Translations under genes and position numbers: made by a program
Notes under the pieces: generated by a model
What the model was told of the DNA's origin: nothing
The model's database searches: none
Seen by the model: the letters and a program-made list of their open reading frames with translations, nothing else
Source: Coleofasciculus chthonoplastes F2-STO-03
GTDB taxonomy: Bacteria; Cyanobacteriota; Cyanobacteriia; Cyanobacteriales; Coleofasciculaceae
Direction: 5' to 3'
NCBI GenBank assembly: GCA_040222015.1
Contig: JAVJWO010000025.1
Coordinates: 1-19,392, forward strand
DNA length: 19,392 nt
Shown here: piece after piece, positions 1 to 8,295 of the stretch
Layout of the letters: each line of letters starts with the position of its first letter
How positions within the stretch are numbered: position 1 is the stretch's first letter

Positions 1-138
1 AGCCTTTATATAACAAAAGGTTTGGGCGTTATCTGGATGTTTTTCTCAATTTTGAATAGCTGAGGCGCTACAATTATTATGGGGCTTGGTTTTTGATTGT
101 TTAAACTGATAGTTTAGCATAGTAACTCCGGAAGAACC
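1..138. mobile_element. Probable terminus of an ISL3-family IS or derived MITE, extending beyond the left window edge
   Basis: Minus strand from 138 reads GGTTCTTCCGGAGTTACTATGCTAAACT, matching the GG(C/T)TCTT start typical of ISL3-family inverted repeats. It begins exactly where the histidine kinase loses HATPase similarity (E-V-I|W). No transposase or second IR in the window. Confidence 0.55.
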
Positions 139-763
139 AAATAACCTCCTGTTCTTGACAGTGACAGTTAAACTGCACCACAGAACCTGGCGGTGAATAC
201 TTGACCGCATTCGTCAGCAAATTAGTCAAAATATGCCGCAGGAGTTTTTTATCCATGCAAGCCTTGCTCGCCATACCCGAATTAACCCAACTTATTTCAT
301 GCTGCTTACCGATACCCAGTTGAATATCTTCGACTAAATCCCTGCACAACTGGTTTAAGTTTAAGGGTTGAGGATTAAACTCCAATTTGCCCGATTCCGC
401 TTTGTTGGCAATCAACACATCATCCAACAAGGCTGTCATGCGGTTCACTGAGTCTTTAATTCGATTAAAGTGTTTGAGCTTTTTCTCTTCCGCCCAATTA
501 TTACTATACTGTTCCAGTAATTCTGTCGAGGAAAAAACCGCCGTTAAGGGAACCCTAAATTCATGACTCGTCATGGAAATAAAGCGAGATTTTATTTCCA
601 TACCGACTAATTCTGGAAAGGCTAAGCGGACATCTTCGCCTAATTTTAAATTTTGAGGAGATTCCGCAAAATTAGGAACACCGTCAGAAAATTCTTGGAC
701 GATTAACTCGCGATTAAGGGTTAGATAATCGTAGCCGGGGGCTAATATTTTTAAGGACGGCAT
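101..763 (-). pseudogene. Sensor histidine kinase, disrupted (partial PAS-like N-terminus, HisKA, truncated HATPase_c)
   Basis: H-box SRFISMTSHEFRVPL and N-box ILTNLLTNAVKYS are present, but G1/F/G2 boxes (DxGxG etc.) are absent and the ORF ends in WFFRSYYAKLSV encoded by the IS-like end. The N-terminal sensor-like segment joins HisKA abruptly at FPELVGME|IKSRF. Confidence 0.75.
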
Positions 764-770
764 AAAAATC

Positions 771-1277
771 CTAAGCCTTTAATATTTGATCAGCAAGTTG
801 TTGGAAAATTTCATCGACATAAGCACCTGTTTTCGCTGAGGTTTGATAAAGTCCGGCTTCGAGATTTAAGTCTTTATCTTGAAGGATTTGAACCAGTTGG
901 TTCAGTTTTTCAGGTTCGACTAAATCCGATTTATTTAAGGCAATGGCAATTTTGCCTTTAGGATTAACCGATAAAAACAGGTTAACGTGTTCATCTAATC
1001 GCTCAACGGTTTCCAGGCGGCTAACATCAGCCACGACGATGACACCACTCGCCCCCTGTAAGTAACTGGGAGCGATGGATTTAAATTTAGTATGTCCTTC
1101 CAAGTCCCAGATGAGCAACTGTAAATTTACGGATTCTAGTGCTTTTCGAGAAATCTTCACACCAACGGTGGACAGATACTGATCGCTAAACTGGCGTTCG
1201 ACGAAACGGCGAATCAAGCTAGTTTTGCCCACACCAAAGTCACCGACGAGACAAATTTTTTTTGATATTTTAGCCAT
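771..1277 (-). CDS. Stand-alone Ras-superfamily (Rab-like) small GTPase
   Basis: G1 GDFGVGKTS, G2 YLSTVG, G3 WDLEG, G4 NKSD, G5 TSAK in 168 aa; no C-terminal Cys lipidation motif. Confidence 0.93.
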   Translation of the reverse strand: MAKISKKICLVGDFGVGKTSLIRRFVERQFSDQYLSTVGVKISRKALESVNLQLLIWDLEGHTKFKSIAPSYLQGASGVIVVADVSRLETVERLDEHVNLFLSVNPKGKIAIALNKSDLVEPEKLNQLVQILQDKDLNLEAGLYQTSAKTGAYVDEIFQQLADQILKA

Positions 1278-1317
1278 TGGTTATTGGTTATTGGTTATTG
1301 GTCATTGGTAACATTGG
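1274..1317. repeat. STRR heptamer tandem array (TTATTGG/TCATTGG), about 6 copies
   Basis: CCATTGG TTATTGG TTATTGG TTATTGG TCATTGG TAACATTGG, overlapping the GTPase start codon. Confidence 0.85.
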
Positions 1318-1336
1318 TTCAGGGTAATCCTTCTTA

Positions 1337-1357
1337 CCGTTCCCCGTTCCCTGTTCC
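1337..1357. repeat. STRR heptamer array (CCGTTCC/CTGTTCC) x3
   Basis: CCGTTCC CCGTTCC CTGTTCC read directly. Confidence 0.7.
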
Positions 1358-1402
1358 CTTGTCCTCATGTTTAACTTTAATTATGTCCAACTACTTATGC
1401 TT

Positions 1403-3877
1403 TTAACGTGCGATCGCCTCAAATTCGACAAATCGGCTGTATTTATGGGGTTCATCATCATACACGCCTGTGGGGGGTTTGGTGGTTCCGGAAACTTCTA
1501 AGCGTCTCGCATCGATTCCTTGACGCACCAGTACCTCAGTCACGGCTTTTGCTCGTTCTAGGGCTAATTCCTGATTTTCTAAGGGTGTGCCACTGGGATC
1601 ACTATGACCAACGACTCGGAGTGACTGGTTGGGGTAATCGTTGAGGAATGCGGTCAAGGCGTCCATTTTGGCTTGTTCTGACGCTTTTAATTCGGCGGAA
1701 TTGAGATCGAAGTAGATGCGAGAGGCTAAGGCTAGAGGTTGCAGTTGCACGGTGTTGGTTACAGAGTCTACTCCCGGAATTTTCTCTAAAGCCTGGGTAA
1801 TTTTCTGGGCATCTTTGACCTGAATCACGCTACCTTCTACGGTAACTTGACCATCTTGAAAATTTGTCCAAATTGCTAAACGTTCGGTTTGATTGAGAAT
1901 AGCGGTGACACGATCAACCTCGGCGGCAACTTCGACGAGATCGGGTGGAACCTTGATGGCAATGATATCATTATCTATCTCACCATTTGGTATAGTCGTT
2001 TGGGCAATTTGTCCAGCTTTTTCGACTAGATATTGATTCGGTAATTTGCCAGACAGCGTAATCGTATCGCCTTGTGCATCGACATTTAACCGATAAACAG
2101 CGAGTTCGGGATCGGATGCCAAAGCCACTGCGGTTTCTTCCTCAAACTGCTGATTGACGCCACTGCGATGTAGATGAATACCCCAAGGAATAAAAATTAT
2201 ACCCAATACAGCAGCACAAAGGCTTAACAAGGCGACAGGAACTTTACGCGGTGACTGTTCTGATTTAGGATTAACCAGAGTTAATGATTCCAGAAGGGAC
2301 TGGATTTGCTCCGGTACATTATCCGGATCTCCATCAAATGATTCCATCGCCTTCCCATGGCGCAGAACAATGGTACCCAACGCCTCGCGCATTTTATCGA
2401 TGAATGACTGTGGGGGATCGCCTTGTGTCACCACAGCGAGATAACAGTATCCGGCGACTTCCAAGAGAATGTCACAATGTCCGTATTCGATGCGATCCAG
2501 TTCGGAGATTTCACCGGATTGCATAATACAATCATTGACAAAACTGCGAATGGCTGTCAGCATCCCCGCCACCATATCTGACTCTAATTGTTGTTTGCCA
2601 AAGGGTTGAACTTCAGCAATGACTAATCCGGATGCTTTGTGGATAAGAAAAATCGCTTTGATGCTAAAGGGCATCGACTCTTTAAAAATGAGTTCCGCTT
2701 CAGAGAGTCCCTGACTTTTTGCCCGAATTTTGCGAGCAATTCCCTCCGGACTTAGGGAGTTTTCAACTTTCTGATCAATCGCCCGCATCGCTTCGGACAA
2801 ATATTTATAGAATGTCCCGCCCATGACTGGATAAAGGGCGTCTACCATCGTATCCCGTTCAATATCAATTTGTTCTTTAATCGCCGCACTCATTTCCGGG
2901 GCAATTGCTCGGGCAAATTCACCGGGGTTGCTGAGAATTTGATAGTTAACGGCAGATGGGATAATCGGCGCTAAGGCGGAACAGATGCCCTCTTTATCTT
3001 CTTTGGTTTTCGCCTCGATCATTTCATCCACAATGGGCGCGATCGCACTTGCCATTTCTTCTCTAGCTTCAGCAATTTTCATGCTTAAAATTTGAGTGAT
3101 TAATGGCAGCATTAATTTAATTAAATTACTTGGATTATAAATCTGGCTTTCTAAAGATGAAAATTTTTCTTTTAGCAGTTCAATGCCTTCTTGCGAATCG
3201 AGAATATCCGGTGTTAACAATAATTTCTGCAAGCGTTCAAATTCATCCTCGATATTTGCATCATAAGCGACAATGGATTCCTGGTTAGCGTTTTCGGGTA
3301 CATATTGAAGCTGAGATGATGATTTAAAATACTGGTCAGAGTCTTCGGTTGGCGACTGATCAGATTCGGTCAACCAGGATGAGGATGTTGTTCCATTTTC
3401 TGATGAATCGAAATGATCCGTGTAATTTGGCTGTGATTCTTCTAAATGAGTTTTACTTGGCACGGGATCTGGAAAACCTTTCTCCAAATCTCTCTCCTGC
3501 TCTTGAGAGGGCTTTGAATGGGGGGGGGTTAGGTCTGGCGTTGATTTTTCCAGATGGCGTGAAGAGTCTGCTAGATTAGTAGAGTCTGACTTATCGTCGG
3601 ATTCTGGCGATTGAGGTAAGGTTTCTGACAACGGCGGCGATTTTTTATCTTCCCTTACTTCCAGAGGTTCCACCGGAACGTCTTTACCCGCTTCTACAAC
3701 TTCCTGTTGTTTTAACTGATCAGTATGAGATTTACCCTGAGTTTCCCCGTTCTTCTGAGCGGAAGACATTTCTGGTGCGGTGGCTTCAGTCGAGTTAGGA
3801 TCTTGTAAATCCATCAATAAATCCAGCAAGCCTTCTAGCTGGGATATGCCAGATCCCTTTTTTCCTGGTAAAGCCAT
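1403..3877 (-). CDS. Membrane-anchored OmpA-family protein: disordered N-terminus, helical repeats, longin/roadblock-like segment, TM, two BON-like domains, OmpA_C
   Basis: C-terminal OmpA_C motifs IYFDLNSAEL, VVGHSDPSG, NQELALERAKAV, SRFVEF; BON-like segments LNVDAQGDTITLSG and DGQVTVEG...IPGVDSVTNTV; one TM stretch VALLSLCAAVLGIIFIPWGI. Start placed at ATG 3877 (MALPGKKG) rather than 3988. Confidence 0.85.
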   Translation of the reverse strand: MALPGKKGSGISQLEGLLDLLMDLQDPNSTEATAPEMSSAQKNGETQGKSHTDQLKQQEVVEAGKDVPVEPLEVREDKKSPPLSETLPQSPESDDKSDSTNLADSSRHLEKSTPDLTPPHSKPSQEQERDLEKGFPDPVPSKTHLEESQPNYTDHFDSSENGTTSSSWLTESDQSPTEDSDQYFKSSSQLQYVPENANQESIVAYDANIEDEFERLQKLLLTPDILDSQEGIELLKEKFSSLESQIYNPSNLIKLMLPLITQILSMKIAEAREEMASAIAPIVDEMIEAKTKEDKEGICSALAPIIPSAVNYQILSNPGEFARAIAPEMSAAIKEQIDIERDTMVDALYPVMGGTFYKYLSEAMRAIDQKVENSLSPEGIARKIRAKSQGLSEAELIFKESMPFSIKAIFLIHKASGLVIAEVQPFGKQQLESDMVAGMLTAIRSFVNDCIMQSGEISELDRIEYGHCDILLEVAGYCYLAVVTQGDPPQSFIDKMREALGTIVLRHGKAMESFDGDPDNVPEQIQSLLESLTLVNPKSEQSPRKVPVALLSLCAAVLGIIFIPWGIHLHRSGVNQQFEEETAVALASDPELAVYRLNVDAQGDTITLSGKLPNQYLVEKAGQIAQTTIPNGEIDNDIIAIKVPPDLVEVAAEVDRVTAILNQTERLAIWTNFQDGQVTVEGSVIQVKDAQKITQALEKIPGVDSVTNTVQLQPLALASRIYFDLNSAELKASEQAKMDALTAFLNDYPNQSLRVVGHSDPSGTPLENQELALERAKAVTEVLVRQGIDARRLEVSGTTKPPTGVYDDEPHKYSRFVEFEAIAR

Positions 3878-4071
3878 AATTTGATCCTGCCTTATTCTAT
3901 ATCGGCACCGAGTTCGTAAATGACAAATTGAGTCAAAGTTGGCATTTGACTCAATTCTAATCCTATTCATTAAGAACATCCACACCATTGCTAGCTTTGA
4001 GCCAACATTTGGCTGAAACTAATCACTAGCAACTTGAGTAAATGGCAACATGTCCTCTGTTATTGCTTATT

Positions 4072-4683
4072 TTACTGAGATAGAGGACTTGCTTCTAAAA
4101 GCCTAACATCAACATCCACATCACTACCCGCTGCTTCTTTCAGCTCTGGAGCAAACTCTGTTCCTTTAATTCTTAATCCTAATTCAAACAAAATATCTGC
4201 CATATCATCTTTAGAAACTTTGCCTTCGTTAATTAAGGAAAAGCGCCGTTCGAGTTCTTCAAAAACATAGGATCTCAGGCTTCTAATATCATCTTGGATT
4301 TTTTCACGAGTTTCTGAGAGTTCGTTATGCAAATTATTGGTTTGTTTTTCTAAATTATTATCCAGGGATTCCATATTGCCGGAAAACTTTTTGTTAACCA
4401 TATCGATGGTTTGCCGAATCTCTGAATTATCGTTTTGAACCGTCATATTCAGCGACTTCAGTTTTTTCTCCAGGGAATCTACTGCGGCTCGTAACTCTGT
4501 CGCATAGACAGTCTTGGTTTGCTCGATGCGATCGCGCATTTCTTGCTGGATCAATGCCAGGTTCGATTCAATTTTGTCAATTCGGCTATCGTACTCTCGT
4601 AATTGAGCGCCGAAGATTATATCTCGGATCTGGTCAATATTACCTAGGCGCTCGCGCATTTGTTCTTTACTGATTTCTGCCAT
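4072..4683 (-). CDS. Coiled-coil hypothetical protein
   Basis: Long charged heptad-like helix after the N-terminal motif NIDQIRDIIFG; ATG at 4683 preceded by purine-rich GAGAGGGAAAAGT. Confidence 0.8.
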   Translation of the reverse strand: MAEISKEQMRERLGNIDQIRDIIFGAQLREYDSRIDKIESNLALIQQEMRDRIEQTKTVYATELRAAVDSLEKKLKSLNMTVQNDNSEIRQTIDMVNKKFSGNMESLDNNLEKQTNNLHNELSETREKIQDDIRSLRSYVFEELERRFSLINEGKVSKDDMADILFELGLRIKGTEFAPELKEAAGSDVDVDVRLLEASPLSQ

Positions 4684-4746
4684 ACTTTTCCCTCTCACTT
4701 GGTTAAACGTCTGGTTTGCTCAACTTGATAGGTTGGCGGTCAATAT

Positions 4747-4777
4747 CCCCCGATCGGGGGGTGACACTACTATAACA
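4747..4777 (-). promoter_or_regulatory. Candidate extended -10 promoter followed by a 14-bp palindrome
   Basis: Minus strand TGtTATAGT at 4777-4769, then perfect palindrome CCCCCGATCGGGGG at 4747-4760, upstream of the coiled-coil gene. Confidence 0.35.
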
Positions 4778-4964
4778 CTGCTGCTATCTCTAAAAGATAA
4801 GTCAGAATCTTTCAATTTAGAGTCTTTCCTACTCAGTCAGTTGTTGGATTGATAGGCTGTCTTATCTATTTTTTGCCGTTCCTATTTTTATCGAGTTTAC
4901 CGATTGTTTTCTTAGATTACCAATTCAGCTAAAAAGACTTGACAAATTTAAATTTATGTGAGAA

Positions 4965-4992
4965 GTAGGGGTACGACATGTCGTACCCCTAC
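4965..4992. repeat. GTAG-type REP-like perfect palindrome (28 bp)
   Basis: GTAGGGGTACGACATGTCGTACCCCTAC is its own reverse complement; it lies just 3' of the last DUF928 gene. Confidence 0.85.
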
Positions 4993-5025
4993 GATGGTGT
5001 ATATTAGTGGATCAATTTCGATTGA

Positions 5026-5844
5026 CTACGGTTGTGCCGAAGATAATGGTACATCAACAGGCGTATTCTGGGAGGCGAGTGACTCACCCACCAGATTCCT
5101 AAGTCCCGCCGCGTTCAAAAGGTTGACCCACTGATTCGCCACCTCCGAATCACTCGGATAATTGCGGCGCAGTTCAACGAGCTGTGCTAGAGTATCCTGC
5201 CACAGTTGTGCCTCAGCATAGAGTTCCACTTTTTTTGTCGGTGATGCCTGCGCTAACTGAGTTTCTAAGGTAGGAGCGATCGCAACCCGTCTCACCCATC
5301 CTTCAACCACCAGATCATTAGAGCGTTCCTCCTCGGGCGGACAGAGAATCGAGAACGTCCAACGATAATCCTCACCCACTGCCAACGGTGATAAGCTAAC
5401 GTCGTGGGGTAGATTTAAGGTGATGATTCCTGACTTGCCATTGGTACGGAATTTGCTTTGATAAACGAGATTTCCCTCGCTATCTTCCAGGACAAACTCC
5501 ACAGGTAAGGGTGTACCAGGATTGGGTGAGGCTGGTAAGTAAACAAAAAAGCTGGGATAAGCCGCAACAGTTGTACCAAAGCGATCGCTCGGCATTAAAG
5601 CCGTTAACGGTTTACCGACAACGGGACAATTTCCTCCAGCACTTCGGGTTGCCCCTCCTTCGACACGATTCGCCGAGCCGATTCCCCTTGGGGGTTCATA
5701 TTTGTTGGTTGTCCAGGTTTGGGGTATTCCTTGAGCCTGGAGAATTTGGGGGCTGTAGATCAGCGCAAAGCCTGCGGCAAATAGCGCCAGTTTTACCCCC
5801 ACAGCGAGAGAAAATCGACAAAAACGATGTCGTATTTGTGCCAT
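5026..5844 (-). CDS. DUF928 domain-containing secreted protein
   Basis: Signal-peptide-like N-terminus, RVEGGATRS..C, TTVAAYPSFFVYLP, YRWTFSILC, GWVRRV, YAEAQLWQDTL, W..LL..AGL. Confidence 0.88.
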   Translation of the reverse strand: MAQIRHRFCRFSLAVGVKLALFAAGFALIYSPQILQAQGIPQTWTTNKYEPPRGIGSANRVEGGATRSAGGNCPVVGKPLTALMPSDRFGTTVAAYPSFFVYLPASPNPGTPLPVEFVLEDSEGNLVYQSKFRTNGKSGIITLNLPHDVSLSPLAVGEDYRWTFSILCPPEEERSNDLVVEGWVRRVAIAPTLETQLAQASPTKKVELYAEAQLWQDTLAQLVELRRNYPSDSEVANQWVNLLNAAGLRNLVGESLASQNTPVDVPLSSAQP

Positions 5845-5860
5845 GACAGTTACTCAGTGA

Positions 5861-6694
5861 TTAATTCGGATTCGTTTTGACACCCTGAGCTACTGGTTCT
5901 TCAACAATTTGCTCGAGTTCGACTGAACGGAGTAATTGGTTCCACGCCGCCTTCAAGCCCTGATCATTGGGGCGATCGCGACGTAGTTCCACTAAGGTAT
6001 TCAACGTTTCATACCAAAGTCGCTCACTGGCGTAGATAGCCACTCGCTGTTCCGGCGTTGCTTGTTGGATGCGGCGTACCAAATTGGCATCAGGTTCCAC
6101 ACGCTCGAACGCACCATCGACATATACATCACCGGATGGTTCTTGAGTATTACAAATCAGTTTTAACGTCCACTTATATGTCTGATCAGTCTCTGGAGGA
6201 AGGACACTACTTTCTAAGTTGGGCAACGTTAAGCTCATAATACCGGGAGCGCCGACAACATATTGTTTTTCATCTCCCTGAGAATCTTTTCCGGTGTAAT
6301 GGGCGAAGGCGTACTTCGTGGAGTAAATTTCCTCACCTTTGGCATTACGCACCGTCAACTCTACTCCCCAAGCTTTGTTTTTCGGTAGATACCAAGAGAG
6401 AGTAGGATACTCAGCGATGGTTTTGCCAACACCAGACTCAGGAACCAATGCGATCGGAACTTGACCGGGTTTAGGGTTTGCAATACAAGGTCCTCTTGTA
6501 CCACCACCTTCTCTATTGCCTGGAATCGCTGGACCTTGACTGTCTGGCGGCGTGAATTCCCATTCGGTGGGAATATCACGGCTGAGGGGTGAACCCCCTA
6601 ACTGTGCTTGTACCCCAGCGGGAACATTAGCCACAAGTCCAAGGGTTAGCGCTAAAGCGACTGTAAAACGGGATGAACGGTTAAACCAAGCCAT
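5861..6694 (-). CDS. DUF928 domain-containing secreted protein
   Basis: Signal peptide (VQA|Q), NREGGGTRGPC, GKTIAEYPTLSWYLP, YKWTLKLIC, YASERLWYETL, WNQLLRSVEL. Confidence 0.88.
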   Translation of the reverse strand: MAWFNRSSRFTVALALTLGLVANVPAGVQAQLGGSPLSRDIPTEWEFTPPDSQGPAIPGNREGGGTRGPCIANPKPGQVPIALVPESGVGKTIAEYPTLSWYLPKNKAWGVELTVRNAKGEEIYSTKYAFAHYTGKDSQGDEKQYVVGAPGIMSLTLPNLESSVLPPETDQTYKWTLKLICNTQEPSGDVYVDGAFERVEPDANLVRRIQQATPEQRVAIYASERLWYETLNTLVELRRDRPNDQGLKAAWNQLLRSVELEQIVEEPVAQGVKTNPN

Positions 6695-6931
6695 AATAAA
6701 TTAGAACTCCTTCTTTATCAGAGTCTTTCAAAGTTTTTGGAAAAATCTGTCTGAGCAGATACTTAACCTTCCGACAAAAGGGATGATAATTGCAGAATTT
6801 TCAGGTTTCTCGCCGAATAATTTGCCTGAATAGTTCTATTCTAGCTTGAGATAGGGAGTGAACTGAAACCTGAGGTTGCACTTTTATCTGAATCTTTATG
6901 TTAGTTTTTCCCTATCTTTGTATTGGTTGTT

Positions 6932-7771
6932 TTATTCAACAGAAGTAGCTCCTGAGTTAGACAACGATTCAGTTAAAGCAGCACTCCTGTCTGGATTTAA
7001 TTGCTCAGAAAGACTTTGTAAACCGACTGATTGCAATAACTTGTTCCACGCGGTTTGCACGTTGCGATCATTGGGAAAATCCTGATGGAGTTCTACCAAG
7101 GTGTCTAACGTGTCATACCAGAGCAATTCCTTGGCATAGAGTGCCACTCGTTCTTGAGGAGTTGCCTGTTGAGTCCGCATTTTTAGCGTTAGACTCGGTT
7201 CAACTCGCTTAATCCCACCACCCACAACCATATCTGCTGAACGATCCAGGGCGTCACAAACCAATGCTAATTGCCAGTAATATAGCTGATTCGTTTTCAG
7301 GGGAGCAAGATTAGCAGAAGTAGGAATCGCTAAACTCATAATTCTCGGCATCTGTGTTTCCCCTGTCACCGACTGCTCCAAGGAATACTTAACCCGGTAA
7401 ATTTCTTCATCATTAGCATTTTTCAGTACAAACTCGACTGCCGATGCTGTTGTTGATGGCATATACCAGAATAATTTGGGATATTCCTCTAGGGTTTTAC
7501 CGATCAATGATTCTGGAACTAGGGCAATTAGTGATTGATTATTCGGCGTACAATTCTCTGGACCTCGCGTTCCACCCGCTTCTCGATTCACAGGAATCGG
7601 CTCAGGTGTTGAACCTTCTGGAGTTTTGAATTCCCACTGAGTTGGTAGTTCAGCACCCAGAGAGGTAGTCCTAACCTGGGTTGGCACTTGAGCGACTAGC
7701 TTGGTGGCTAGTCCTAGCATCAAAGCTATTGTTAAGAATGTTAGGTGTGATAAGCGGGTGAAACAAGTCAT
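6932..7771 (-). CDS. DUF928 domain-containing secreted protein
   Basis: Signal peptide, NREAGGTRG...C, GKTLEEYPKLFWYMP, YYWQLALVC, YAKELLWYDTL, WNKLLQSVGL. Confidence 0.88.
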   Translation of the reverse strand: MTCFTRLSHLTFLTIALMLGLATKLVAQVPTQVRTTSLGAELPTQWEFKTPEGSTPEPIPVNREAGGTRGPENCTPNNQSLIALVPESLIGKTLEEYPKLFWYMPSTTASAVEFVLKNANDEEIYRVKYSLEQSVTGETQMPRIMSLAIPTSANLAPLKTNQLYYWQLALVCDALDRSADMVVGGGIKRVEPSLTLKMRTQQATPQERVALYAKELLWYDTLDTLVELHQDFPNDRNVQTAWNKLLQSVGLQSLSEQLNPDRSAALTESLSNSGATSVE

Positions 7772-8248
7772 AATTCAGATATATGCTCGTAGAACCGAGT
7801 CTTTAGTATATAGATGTTAGAGCAGAAGCCAAGGTTCCAGACCCAGGTTAGTTTCCGTCAGACATAATCACCGTTTTGGCTCAGGCAAGCATCTACCTTA
7901 AGGGAAATGTTGCTGAATTAAGAGTTTGTCGTAAACGCTGCAAATCATGCTAGCCCACTTTTGGTCTGACTACGACCCCTGGTTATATCAGTACCATTGT
8001 CTTAAGTTGTTACTATTTTAACGTTAGACATGGGTAATCCCGGAACGTTGTTTCGACTCTTATCTAAATCTTCATCACTCTTAAAGCCAATTCCTGATTT
8101 CCATGCTTCTATCGCCTGAAAATTTAAATCTTTTGTAAAGATATAACTGTTCTCACTGGGGTGAAATACATGAATTCCTGCGAGATGGGGAATTCGCCCT
8201 TGTCCTCCAAGGCGACAAGGACTAGAGAAACTGGGCATCCAATGTTCC

Positions 8249-8268
8249 AGACGTGCTAGGGCGCGTCT
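8249..8268. repeat. Degenerate REP-like palindrome
   Basis: AGACGTGCTAGGGCGCGTCT resembles the AGACGTGCCATGGCGCGTCT element at 19142-19161. Confidence 0.45.
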
Positions 8269-8295
8269 AGAAGCAGGGGGAACAGAAATTAGAGC

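Noticed and set aside
771..1277. Eukaryotic contamination or a Roc domain fragment
   Set aside because: The gene is embedded in a bacterial operon with cyanobacterial repeats and has no LRR or COR sequence adjacent.
3878..3988. N-terminal extension of the OmpA-family ORF
   Set aside because: Atypical composition and a non-ATG first codon; ATG 3877 is the more plausible start.
8002..8238. 78-aa ORF or riboswitch between DUF928 genes
   Set aside because: No recognisable protein motif or riboswitch consensus; only a short CCTTGTC/GACAAGG stem, probably a 3' hairpin.
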